DNA from: Chiloscyllium plagiosum
Lineage: Eukaryota
Reading direction: 5' to 3'
Assembly (NCBI RefSeq): GCF_004010195.1
Contig: NC_057749.1
Span: 6,903,416-6,967,415 of the forward strand
Length of the DNA: 64,000 nt
In this document: one piece after another, positions 1 through 11,450 of the stretch
Layout of the letters: every line of letters starts with the position of its first letter
How positions within the stretch are numbered: the first letter of the stretch is position 1
The notes under the pieces: model-generated
Database searches by the model: none
What the model saw: the letters and a program-made list of their open reading frames with translations, nothing else
Told to the model about the DNA's origin: nothing
Made by a program: the position numbers and the translations under genes

Positions 1-249
1 CAAGGCTGAATTCTCAGCTCTATCGCTCAGTCACGTACTGAGCTGACCTGGACGCTCATAGCGTCCCTGCCTTGCATTGACTTGCATGGTTTGTCCTTTC
101 GACCAGAGCTCATACCTATTTCTGGCTTGCTGTGCTATTTAGCACAGACACAAATTAAGGAAGCTTGTTTGCAAGCCAAGGGAGATGGACTTTGCTCAGG
201 GTGGTCAAAGTTAGGATGCTCTCCATATAAGGGGTGAGGATCCAAATGT

Positions 250-1003
250 CACAGAATCCCTACTGTGTGAAAAAAAGGCATTTCTGCCCATTGAGTGTAT
301 ACCAACCATCCAAAGAACATCCCAGCCCCAGATATCTACCCTTTCACTGTAACCACATATTTGCCATGCTAAACAGTCCCGTAGTGACCAGGGATGTGCA
401 GGTTAACCAGGGATGTGCAGCTAACCCACCTAACCTGCACATCCCTGGACACTACGGGACCATTTAGCATGACCAATCCACCCTAACCTGTTCACCTTTG
501 GACTGTGGGAGGAAACCGGAGCACCCAGAGGAAACCCATGTAGACAAGGGGAGAATGTGCAAACTCCACACAGGTGGTCACCTGGAGAGGGTGGCACAGT
601 TTCTCAGTGGTTAGCACTGCTGCCTCACAGCACCAGGGACGCGGGTTTGATTCCAGCCTCCGGCGACTGTCTGCGTGGAGTTTGCAATTCTCCCTGTGTC
701 TGCGTGGGTTTTCTTTGAGTGCTCTGGTGTCCTCCCACAGTCCAAGGATGTGCATGTTAGGTGAATTGGCTATGCTAAATTGCCCATAGTGTTCAGGGAT
801 GTGAGGGTTAGGTGCATTAGTCAGGGGTAAGTGTAGAGTAATAGGGTAGGGGAATGAGTCTGGGTGGGTCACCCTATGGACTTGTTGGGCCGAAGGGCCT
901 GTTTCCACACTGTCGGGATCCTTTAATCTATGATAATCTGGAATCAAACCTGGGTCCTTGGTGCTGTGAGGCAGCAGTGCTAACCACTGAGACGCTGTGC
1001 ACC
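250..1003 (-). mobile_element. HE1-type SINE, interrupted by a second HE1 inserted in the opposite orientation
   Basis: Reverse complement of the HE1 body and tail at 250-585 (ggactgtgggaggaaaccggagcacccagagg) and of the tRNA-like head at 936-1003 (gctgtgaggcagcagtgctaaccactgag). Confidence 0.8.
586..935 (+). mobile_element. HE1-type tRNA-derived SINE (V-SINE)
   Basis: Head ctcagtggttagcactgctgcctcacagc, B-box ggtttgattcc, V domain gtggagtttgca..ctcccacagtccaa, tail ggacttgttgggccgaagggcctgtttcc. Confidence 0.9.
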
Positions 1004-1949
1004 AAGCCCCAGGAGACCCACCATCCCATCTTGACTCTCTCTGCCCGACTGGGGGTTAGTTTGCTCTGAGAATGAGATCAAGGCAGATATTAAGGGCAGT
1101 GAAAGTGAGTGCCGCAGTTTTAATTTCTGGTACAGGTTAGGGACAGGAAGGTTTTCCACTGCTTGGGTCCTAATTCTCAGGGAAGACACGAAGCTGACCT
1201 GTTATGTGCCTGACAGACTCTTAATTTGGTTGGGCCCCAAAATGTTACCAGTGGGCAGGACATTCTAGGCAGCATTGAATCTATTTCATCCCATCATTTA
1301 AGACATAAGATGGAGAAGTAGGATTAGGTCTTTCAGTTCACCAAGTCTGCATCCCTTTCAAACTCCTCCATCAGTTTAAAAAAATCTACCAACTCCACAC
1401 TTAGCATTCCAATCCTCGACAAAATTACGACAACCTGTTGAGATTCTCTGGTAAATTTATATTTGAAAATCTTATTTCTAGCTTCGCAATTGCTTCAATA
1501 TCCATTTTTGCAAAGGTATACACCGTCTTGGATCACTGAATAACTGGATGAGCTTCTGGTTTGAATGATTAGCTACCTTATTGAACTGTAGCTGAAGTAT
1601 TTTTTTAAATAAGATGGAGTGCCTTTTCAATTCTTTACTCTGGCCAAGACATGGATTAAACACGGATTCAGCCACACTTAGAACACGTGTCCCATTCCTC
1701 ACGTCCAAACATTAGGAGAAATGTGCAAGCATCAGAGAGACTATGGAAAACGTTTGCAACAATGTTTTTTAGGGATTCAGTCATGTAGATAAATTGGAAG
1801 AGTTGGAACTGTATTCCTCCGAGAAGTTTGAAGGGAAATTTGACAGAAATACTTACATTGGAAGAAATTCACGGAATATTTGCATGACTGATTTCTGGGA
1901 TGAGGGTACAACTCAAGAAGAAAGATTGAGATGTTTGACCTTTATCCAT

Positions 1950-2720
1950 TTAGGATTCAGAATAATGAAAGGTGATATTACTGAAACATACAAGCTTTCC
2001 AATAAGGACTCTGTGATGTATTGGTTGTGTCTGTTCTTTCTAAGCCAGGATGCTCAGGGTTCAAGACCCACTTGCTCCAAAGGTGTCTAAAAACATGCCT
2101 GAAAATTAGGAAATTTCTTTAGGAACTTGATAGGGTGGATGCTTCCCCTTGTGGGAAAGACATCAAGCACGGGACAGAGTTTAAAAAGGGTACTCCCATT
2201 TGCATTGGAGGTGAGGAGAAGTGTTTCTCTCCAAAAAAGTCAAGGGTCTGTGGTTTCCTTCCCCAGGGTGAAGATTGGATCATTGAATATTTTCAAGGCA
2301 GATGTAGATAGATTCCAGATTGACAAAATGTTAAAAAGCATTGAGGTCAGCAGGGGTGTGGAGTTGAGGCTACATCCAGATCAGCGAAGATTTTGTTGGT
2401 CAGCAGACCAGGTTTGAGGGTCCTGCTCCTCATTTGTATGTACATGTGTTTGTTTGCAGATCTTCAAACTCATGAGAGGTCTAGATAGAGTTGATAGAGA
2501 AAACCTTGGTGAAAGGACCGAGGGCGAGAGGGCAGAGATTTAAGGTAAATGGCAAAAGAATCAATGGAGACAATGAGGAGAGACTTTTTCATGGCAGTGA
2601 AAGAGTGTAATAGAGGCAAGTTCAACTGAGGCTTTCAAGAAGAAATAGGACTGTTAACTGGAAGGTTATGGCGAAAGGGCAGGGGAAGGGCACGGGAGGG
2701 AATTGTTCATTCAGACAGCT
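1950..2720 (+). mobile_element. Degenerate CR1-family LINE 3' fragments
   Basis: Remnant MKGDITETYK motif, ttgataggg..ggat and ttcaaggcagatgtagatagatt typical of the CR1 ORF2 end and 3'UTR. Confidence 0.6.
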
Positions 2721-2731
2721 ATCATAACTAG

Positions 2732-2980
2732 AGTTGAAAAATGAGGACTGCAGATGCTGGAGATCAGATTCGAAAAGTGTGGCGCTTGAAAAGCACAGCA
2801 GGTCAGGCAGCATCTGAGGAGCAGGAGAATCGACATTTCAGGCACAAGCCCTTCATCCTGATAAAGGGCTTATGCCCAAAGTGTCGATTCTTCTGTTCCT
2901 CGGATGCTGCCTGACCTGCTGTGCTTTTCAAGCGTCACACTTTTCGACTCTGATCTCCAGCATCTGCAGTCCTCATTTCT
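2732..2980. mobile_element. Palindromic head-to-head PLE pseudo-LTR pair (family 1) with two degenerate hammerhead motifs
   Basis: ~120-bp inverted arms meeting at cccttcatc|ctgataaaggg; TSD agct(a/g)tcataactag at 2717-2731 and 2981-2995. Confidence 0.8.
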
Positions 2981-3998
2981 AGCTGTCATAACTAGGATAG
3001 GCTCAATGGTTCTGAAGAATACTCCTGGACACTTTGTATGTTTGTATCCTTTGAAATAAATACCTAGTCATAAAGAAACACGTATGAGGTAATGAAGCTG
3101 CTTGCTAAGATCACAGAGATGGAATATAACTGTGATTACATTGCGTGATTTGACTTGAAGTAATTTGAACTTTGAACAAGCCGTGTACATATTATTGGTT
3201 TCTAACATTTATAAGATCAGACATTTCCTTCTTTCTTGCGACATATCCTCAAGGCTTTCTTGCAACCTTTCGAACAGCGAGGGATCATGCATGAATGTAT
3301 ACTGGGAGGGGGAGCGCAGGAAGGACCCACACACATTGAAAGAAAGGATGCAATCTGCACACTACACCCTTTGCGAACCGTTCCAAAGACACTCAACAGA
3401 AGTCTGCTCAATTTCACCAGCCTTCATCTCCCTGCAGAAGTGTAAAGTCCACTTTGGGATAGATTTGTGGTTGCGTCAAGAATACTTCTAAAAGAGGCAT
3501 GCATTTATTGCTGAGGAAAAGAAGGGCCACATGACAAGAGTGTCTTTTCAAGTGTCCATTATGTTAGTCTCTCTTCTACCTGGTGTAAGGAGATACTTAT
3601 CTCATACCTTACCACAGTTTCTTAATATTACAGTCTTGGTATGGTTCCAGAACAACTGGACCTTGCTCCAGTCTGTCGTAGTTGAATTGAACATAGATTA
3701 GATTTAGATTACTTACAGTGTGGAAACAGGCCCTTCGGCCCAACAAGTCCACACCAAGGGTAACTAAACATGTTCTTTTTCATGGAATCCCAAACTGTCA
3801 CTGAGAAAGTGCCTTCTTGAACATTTTCGCACAATCAATCTCTAAGCCATTTCATAGGCTGGTGAAGGGGTCACCCACACTGCTGTAGGTCTGCAGTTAC
3901 ACATTGACCCTGGTGAGACTGCAGGTCTTCTTCACTCAAGGAGTCAGGTTACTTTTTGTATAACAATCATAACACCATCAGTGAGGTTAGTATTCAAT

Positions 3999-4127
3999 CC
4001 TGAAAATGTGTTGCTGGAAAAGCGCAGCAGGTCAGGCAGCATCCAAGGAACAGGAGAATTGACATTTCGGGCATAAGCCCTTCCTGCATCTGCAGCATCT
4101 GCAGCATCTGCAGTCCTCACTTTCTCC
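3999..4127. mobile_element. Short inverted PLE pseudo-LTR insertion (family 1)
   Basis: Minus arm contains gggcttatgcccgaaatgtc; plus arm ends gcagtcctcactttctcc; TSD tagtattcaat at 3988-3998 and 4128-4138. Confidence 0.75.
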
Positions 4128-4369
4128 TAGTATTCAATTCTAGTTAGTAATTGAACCCAGTTGCTGTGCAACATTCCCATGAAGCTGTCTGCGCAGCTCC
4201 TCCGCCATGTGATCGGCATGGTGTCATGGATTGTGGCACTGACTCCCGGTTCCAGAGGTAGTAGCTGTGCAGGAATCGCAGGGATCCGTGCAGAAGAAAA
4301 ACTATTTAGATATAACGCTGCTGCGGATTTCTACTTGTGTCCTAGGGCATCTGGCTGACTAGTCCAGTG

Positions 4370-6090
4370 TCATTATTTGATTTATTTACCATCAGGTGCA
4401 CCTTGTTACAAAAATGCTGTGAAAAGTGTTGTATAGTCTCGTCACTCCAGCACCATCTTAAAACACAGAAAAATAAACCATAACATGGAATATGAAGGGA
4501 AAAGAATGAAGAAGCAATGAAAAAGTATGCAACTTTACAGTCCTTGTGGAGTGCTCCACCATAGGCTATGGGCCTAGTGACCAGGCCCATGTCCCCTTCA
4601 CCGACACTGGAATGAAAGTTACCCACTCTTCAGTGCCATCTTGCCTCCACTGACACCCTCGCCTCTCGCAGTCCTCAATAGATCTCGCCACTGATGCTGC
4701 CCGGTACTGTACCAGTCCAAACTCGATTCCGCTGTTGCCATGAAACCACTTCGGGCCCACCTCACCGATGCAGCAGCTGCTGATGCTGCCAGGTCTCATG
4801 CTGGACCCGAACATGCCAACACCACCATCTCCATGAATCTGCACTGGACACAGATGCTGCTGGAATTCCAAACTAGCGTCCACTACAGCAGACATGCGTC
4901 AGTGTTAGGAGCGCCTCAACAATGAAGAAGCCGCTGGGAACCCAAACTCACTTCCAACATCACTGCCATGAGTCCATGCTGCTGGTCCCACTCGGGTCCA
5001 TGTTGCTGGGCCCACTCCAGTCCGTGCTGCTGGTCCCACTCCAGTCCGTGCCACTGGGGCCCACTCCAGTCCGTGCTATTGGGGCCCACTCGAGTCGTGC
5101 TGCTGGGCCCCACTCGAATCCATGCTACTGGGCTCCACTCGAGTCCATGCCTGCTGGGCCCACTCCAGTCTGTACTGCTGGGCCCACTCCAATCCATGCT
5201 GCTGGGCCCACTTGAGTCTGTGCTGTTGGCCCCACTCCAGTCGGTGCCACTTGGGGCCCACTACAGTCCATACTATTGGGGCCCACTCGAGTCGTGCTGC
5301 TGGGCCCCTCTCGAGTCCATGCTGCTGGGCCCACTCCAGTCCGTGCTGCTGGGCTCCACTCCAGTCCATGCTACTGGGCTCCACTCAAATCCATGCTGCT
5401 GGGCCCACTCCAGTTTGTACTGCTGGGCCCACTCCAATCCATGCTGCTGAGCCCACTTGAGTCTATTCTGTTGGGCCCACTCCAGTCTGTGCCACTGGGG
5501 CCCACTCCAGTCTGTACTATTGGGGCCCACTCGAGTCGTGCTGGTGGGCCCCACTCAAGTCCATGCTGCTTGGCTCCACTCCAGTCCATGCTGCTGGGCC
5601 CACTCCAGTCCGTGCCACTGGGGCCCACTCCAGTCCGTGCTACTGGGGCCCACTCGAGTCGTGCTGCTGGGCCCCACTCGGAGTCCATACTACTGGGCTC
5701 CACTCGAGTCCACGCTGCTGGGCCCACTCCAGTCTGTACTGCTGGGCCCACTCCAATCCATGCTGCTGGGCCCACTTGAGTCTGTGCTGTTGGGCCCACT
5801 CGAGACGGTGCTGCTGGACCCACTTGAGTCTGCGCAGCTTGGCCCACTCGAGTCCAGTGCTGCTGGGCTCACTCAGGTCCATGCTGCTAGGCCACTCGAG
5901 TCAGCACTGCTGGGCCTATTCAAGTCCGTGCAGCTGGGCCTACTCAGGTCCACACTGCTAGGCCCACTTGAGTCCGTGCTACTGGGACTGTTCACTGCCA
6001 CCGATGTTATTGCCGTGACCTCTGAAATGCAGAGCTTCAGCAGCACCATCACAGCTTCGCGGGGCGTCCATGCCAAGGCAGAGAAAGACA
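4370..6090 (-). mobile_element. Putative non-autonomous retroelement with a Rex1/Babar-like 3' tail, enclosing the minisatellite
   Basis: Minus strand ends acttttcacagc...gtaaataaatcaaat, resembling the Rex tail at 47070-47128; the 5' boundary is uncertain. Confidence 0.4.
4968..5990. repeat. GC-rich minisatellite, ~24-bp unit (gtccatgctgctgggcccactcca), about 42 copies
   Basis: Directly visible tandem units; 8-aa periodicity (LLGPLQSM) in the ORF track; unit length varies 23-25 bp. Confidence 0.97.
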
Positions 6091-6839
6091 GATTCTGAAT
6101 CAGTCAGGGATTCAAGTTTAATGTCGATTAGCCATGATCTCATTGAATGATGGGCTGAATGGCCTACTTCCGATCCTACATTTTATGGTCTTAAAGACTT
6201 GATCACAATCAAGGAGCAGGCTTTGTCTGAATATTTATTCGGAAACTTATAACAGCAATGGTATTCATTTGAGTAGGCTTTATGCAATCTTTTTCCAGAG
6301 ATTAGAGACTACATTATCCCATCAAGCACTGGATATCATTTGGCCCATCCTATCCATGAAATTCTCCGTCAGTACATATGAAAACAAATTTCAGTGCCTT
6401 GTCCTCTTCACCTCCCCTTATCTCTATCTCTGGTTCAAATATTTATTCATTTCTTCCTTGAAGGATAAATTAATCTTTGGCTCAACTCTGTTGGAAAGCA
6501 CCCCGCGCTGTAAGCATGTCTCTTAACCTCTCTTCATGATGATTAAAATCATGACCTTTTGTCACCAACTCACAAACAAAGGTAGACTTCCCTTAATTCA
6601 ATCTATCAAAACCTTTAGAACTAAATGAAACCGCAATTAAATCTCATTTTAGCTTTATCTTTTCCAATGGGAAACAATTACAACATTTCAAGTCTTTCAG
6701 TGTAACTATAACCTCCTATCCTCAGTAATGATCTTGCTGAATTGACGCTTCAACATCTCTTCATTTATAATATACTTTCTATTATGGCATATTGTATAAG
6801 ATCTTCCTGATCTCTTTAATCTTCTTTACGCGTTTAGGG

Positions 6840-7410
6840 AATTTAGAAGAATGAAAGGAAATTTCATTGAAGTGTACAGAAGTTGAACGGGGCTCATCAG
6901 GGTGAATGCAGGACCGATGTTTTCCTTGGCAAAGAGGAACATGGGTGTCCAGAATTGGGTGACGTACTCTCCAGATAAGATATATATCATTAGGCCTGTT
7001 AGGGCTGACATGAGGAAGAGTCTCTCTGAGGCGAATGTGATAACCACTACACTACAGAAACACCACATTCCTGATGAAGGGCCTATGCCCACAATGTCGA
7101 CTGCCCTGCTCCACGGATGCTGCCAGTGTGGCTGTGCCTTTTGACTCTGATCTCCAGCACCTGCAGTCCATGAGGAAGAATCTCTTAATCTTAGGAGTGA
7201 TGAATCTTGGGAATTCTCTATCGTAGAGGACCGCAGACATCCAATCATTGAGCATACTCAAGATAGAAATCAATAAATTGCTAATTATTAGATATTAAGT
7301 GATGCACGGATAATGCAGGGAAATGGTATTGAGGTATAAGCCACGACATGATCGAATGGCAGAGCGAAATTTATTGACTTACTCCTGCTCTTATTTCTGA
7401 AGTTCCTATG
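6840..7410 (+). mobile_element. Degenerate CR1 3' fragment with a nested PLE pseudo-LTR (7020-7168)
   Basis: RMKGNFIEVY remnant; the insert contains ctgatgaagggcctatgccc and is flanked by TSD catgaggaaga (7009-7019, 7169-7179). Confidence 0.7.
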
Positions 7411-7565
7411 CTCCAAAGTACTTTTGATTCTTGCAATGTAGCATCTAAAATGCACACAGCAAGGTCCCTGAGACACTAATGTGATAATGACCAGATCATC
7501 ATTTCTTTCCCTGATGTTGGAGGAGGGCTAAATGTTATCCAGGATTCCCCATTCCTTCTTTGAAA

Positions 7566-8078
7566 TAGAGTCATACAGCACGGAAACAGACCCTTTGGTC
7601 CAACTCATCCATGCCGACCAGACATCCTAAACTGAACTAGTCCCATTTGGCAGCATTTGGTCCATATCCCTCTAAACCCTTCCTATTCATGAACACACCC
7701 AGATCCTTTTTAAAAGTTGTGACTGTATCTGCCTCCAACACTTTCTCCAGCAGCTCGTTCCATACATGTAATACCCTCAGCATTGAAAAGTTGTCCCATA
7801 GGTCCCTTGACCATCTTTCTCCTCTCACCTTAGACTCATGCCCTCTAGTATTGGACTCCTCTACCCTGGGGAAAATACCTTGACTATTCACCCTATCCAT
7901 ACCCCTCATGATTTTACAAATTTCTATAAGGTCACCCCTCAGCCTCCAATGTTGCAGGGAAAAAAAAACCCAGCCTATTCAGCTTTCCTATAGCACAAAC
8001 TTCCCAATCCTAGCAATATCCTTATAAATCTTTCTGAACCCTTTCAAATTTAACAACACCCTTCCTGTAGCATGGAGA
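7566..8078 (-). mobile_element. HER1/CR1 LINE 3' fragment
   Basis: ORF 7637..7909(-) MRGMDRVN..TRGH..WNEL..TFKK.L is the CR1 ORF2 C-terminus; tail gggtctgtttccgtgctgtatgactcta. Confidence 0.9.
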
Positions 8079-8764
8079 TCATCCACTGGAGAGCGAAGAT
8101 GGGAGATTGGTTTCATGTCTCAGCACTCTGCGTACAAAGTCTCGGTCTTACACTCTCAGTCTTTGGAAAGGATCTTGAACCTTCCAACTCAAACACAAGG
8201 ATTGAGCCACTGCTGACTCTGCCTGTTTCTTGGGGCTGAAGTAAACTCGGAGACACTGGGCTGGGATGATTCCATGACAGAAACCATTGCAAATATGGGT
8301 TGTGAAGCAAGTGGACTCCTGATGCCAAGAGATCTTTTCTCATTCTATCTTTCTCTGAGGTTGTAAACTACGAAGCCTTCAGAGGATGTGAAACAAGAAG
8401 TGACATTCAAGTGAAATACACTTAAAGGACAATTCTCATCAACTAAATCGTTTTAAAGGCCTATTTATTAGTTTAGTAAAATAAAGTAGAGTGCAGTGAT
8501 GCAATTGGTAATGCCAGTCAGGTTCAAAGCTGATGTAAACATTCTGAAGAATCTCTCTAAAACTGTGTCTCAAACTCAATCAGGTAGTAGAGAAGCAGGC
8601 TTGAAGGACGCACTGGGGTGAAGTCCGAGTATCTGTGATTATCTTTGTCGGCCGTCCTTCATGCTATTAATACTGCACATTAATTTTTGACAACCGGTTC
8701 AACCCAAATTGCGGCAAGGCCCATCTTAAAATTTATTTCGAATAAACAACCTCCAACTGTCAAG

Positions 8765-9045
8765 AGAGACTTGCATTTGTATAGCACCTTTCTTGAGCTC
8801 AGTGCATCAAAGTGCTTTGAAAAATGGCCATCTATGTCAAAGTCGGATACGCAGCATCCAATTTGCACAACGGCAAATTGTGTCACCAACGGCAATGAGC
8901 TAAATACAGGGTAATTAGATTTAAATGTGTGTTAAATATTGGCCAGCACAGCAGATAGAAAAACCCTTCTCTCCTTCTAATAGTGCCAAAGGATCTTTTA
9001 CATCCACAAGAGGGAGTAGAAGGTACCTCAGCCTAAAACTTCATC
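8765..9045 (-). mobile_element. Degenerate Deu-domain SINE (SacSINE1-like)
   Basis: Reverse complements of aaaagatcc..ggcactatt, tggccaatattta and the tail gaaaggtgctatacaaatgcaagt. Confidence 0.6.
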
Positions 9046-9072
9046 CTTGATATGATCTTTTATCATTCACTC

Positions 9073-9415
9073 ATAGAGTCATAGAGATGTACAGCATGGA
9101 AATAGACCTTTTGGTTCAGCTCATCCATGCCGACCAGATATCCTAAATTAATCCAATCCCATTTACCAGCACCTGGCCCATATCCCTTTAAACCCTTCCT
9201 ATTCAGATATCCTTCCAGATGCCTTTTAAATGTTGTAATTGTAACAGCCTCCACCACATCCTCTGGCAGCTCAATCCAAGCACGCACTACCCTTTGTGAA
9301 GAAGTTGCCCCTTAGGTCCCTTTTAAATCTTTGCCCCCTCACATTAAACCTATGCTCTTCTAGTTCTGGGCTCCCCTACACCAGGGAAGAGATCTTGCCT
9401 GTTCACCTTATCCAT
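9073..9415 (-). mobile_element. HER1/CR1 LINE 3' fragment
   Basis: ELPEDVVEA.TITTFKRHL..Y.NRKGL.GYGP motif; ctctatgactctatg tail. Confidence 0.9.
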
Positions 9416-10349
9416 GTCAATGCTACTGGATGTGCCTACACATATTGCCCATCCTTAGTTGCTCCTGAGAAGGTGTTGATTGGTTGCCTCCTTGAACTCA
9501 TACGGTCCAAGTGCTGTGATTTTGAGCTCAGATTTCTCGAGTGAGATTACTTTCTCAAACCCATGTTACAAATTAAGGTGCACCTGACCCTCTAAGCAAC
9601 GAACAAATCTCACTGACATTTTCGGAAAGCAGTAAAAGAGCATGTTACTTTTCCAAACTGCTGAATTTGGGCAAAAAGAAAACTGTTACCTGTCTTGAAG
9701 AAGGAAAGTGAAAGGATTAGGGCAAGTTTCTAATAAGAAAAAGCCAGCAATTATCACATTATGTGTGAAATTACACTTTGGGCTTTTAATATGACTTATG
9801 TCAGCAGTTTTATTTTTAAGCAAAACTACTTCTGCTGCTCAAAGAACAGGAAAAATGCAGACACACAAATTTCTGAATCCTCGTCCATTCTGACTGTCAA
9901 TAGACTCATGTTTGGTACCTTCTCTGTTACTAGGGTAAAGTGCCTGTCAAAAACAGGCATGAGTTGCTACTGGGAGAGGCACCTAGCAATTGGAAAACCA
10001 CACCATGCTGGTGTCTGCTGTTGCAAACTATTCGTATTTGCAGTTTTAAACTTCGGTCCTTACGTGATCTAGCAGGGGACTGTCAAACAATTGTGAGAGT
10101 TGGAAATGGTTTGCTGTCCTTTGAAATGGCTAAATGCCACTGATATAAAGGTTAATATATAAAATGAATACTGCACAGTTTGGATCCAAGACTCCACAAA
10201 GAGTCATTTCAAAGCCCCGAGATATAAATGTTAAAAGGTTTTGAAAAACGCACAAACTGGTGCAACATCTGGGGTGAGCTGGCTGTCGTGCTCCAGGGTG
10301 GAGCTTTTCAAAAGAAAAATGTGTCATCAGCTGAGGGCCGTAAGTTAAA

Positions 10350-10645
10350 GTGGTGGCTCATTGGCTCAGTGTTAGCACTGTGCCTTACAGCGCTAGGGAC
10401 CTAGGTTCAACCTCAGGTGACTCTCTGTGTGGAGTTTGGACGTTGGCCCTGTGTGTCTGTGTGGTTTTCCTCTGGGTGCTCTGGTTTCATTCCACAGACC
10501 GAAGATAAGCAGGTTAGAGTGGATTGGCCATGTTAAATTGCCCATAGTGTCCAGGAATGTACAGGTGAGGTGGATTGGCCATGGAAAAGGCAGGGTTATT
10601 GTGTAGGGAGTTGAGTTTGGGCAGGATGCTTTTCAAAGGGTCTGC
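10350..10645 (+). mobile_element. HE1-type SINE (diverged)
   Basis: tggctcagtgttagcactg head, V domain, ggattggccatgttaaattgccc. Confidence 0.8.
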
Positions 10646-11139
10646 CTCTATGCTGGACAGACTCTATGAAAAGGGACATGAAGTACATGGTACAAAACAG
10701 AGGATGCTGGAGAAACTCAGCAGATGTGACAGCATCTGTGTAGCGAGAAAGAGCTAACATCTTGAGTCTGGTATGAATATCTGGGGTCCCTGTAACTTAT
10801 TATGCATGCTATTCTCTGTTTGCATCCTCTGTTTGGCTGCCATTATCTTGTCATATCTGTGAGTGGTGTAGCAAGAGGCCTTTCTCACTGGAGAAAAATG
10901 GTCCTTAATCATTTAGTGCTCCATTGTCTGAGGAACTGCATATTTCTATCCACAACATTACGAATATAGGGAGGGAAATCTACTTTCTTGGGAATTACTG
11001 AAGAGACCTGAATTAAAACAAAAAGGGATGTTATAAATGCACAGCATCCCAAGTCAACATCCAAGAGAGAAAGATGGATATATGTTCATTGGGATGAATT
11101 CCTGGCTGCTTTTCAGAATGTCACTCTTTCTTTTTGACA

Positions 11140-11450
11140 AAGTAGATGTCTCCCTGTGGAGGGTGATCTAGAATGAGAAGTAAGGGGGTGAGCAGATTCA
11201 AAACAGAGATGACGATAAATTAGTTCTCTCAAAGGGTCATGAGTCTGTGGAATTCAGTACTCCACAGTGTGGTAGAAGTTGGGATATTGAAATTTAAGGA
11301 GGAGATAGACTGATTCTTAATTAGTAATGGATTCAGGGATTATGGGGAGTGAGCAGGAAAGTCGAGTTGAGACCGCGATGAGATCAGCCATGATGGCGGA
11401 GCAGGCTAGAGGGGCTAAATGGCCTATTCCTGTTCCTAATTCTTATGTAT
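11140..11450 (+). mobile_element. CR1 3' fragment
   Basis: tttaaggaggagatagac..ggggctaaatggcctattcctgttcctaattcttatg 3'UTR motif. Confidence 0.65.

Noticed and set aside
4916..6098. Many long overlapping ORFs (up to 213 aa) and a CRISPR-like regular pattern
   Set aside because: The ORFs come from a stop-free 24-bp tandem unit; there are no unique spacers or cas genes, and the context is eukaryotic
8152..8367. Minus-strand open segment ending at a gtaaga donor
   Set aside because: Weak acceptor, unrecognised peptide, and phase does not fit the 9614-9689 candidate; such donor words are expected by chance
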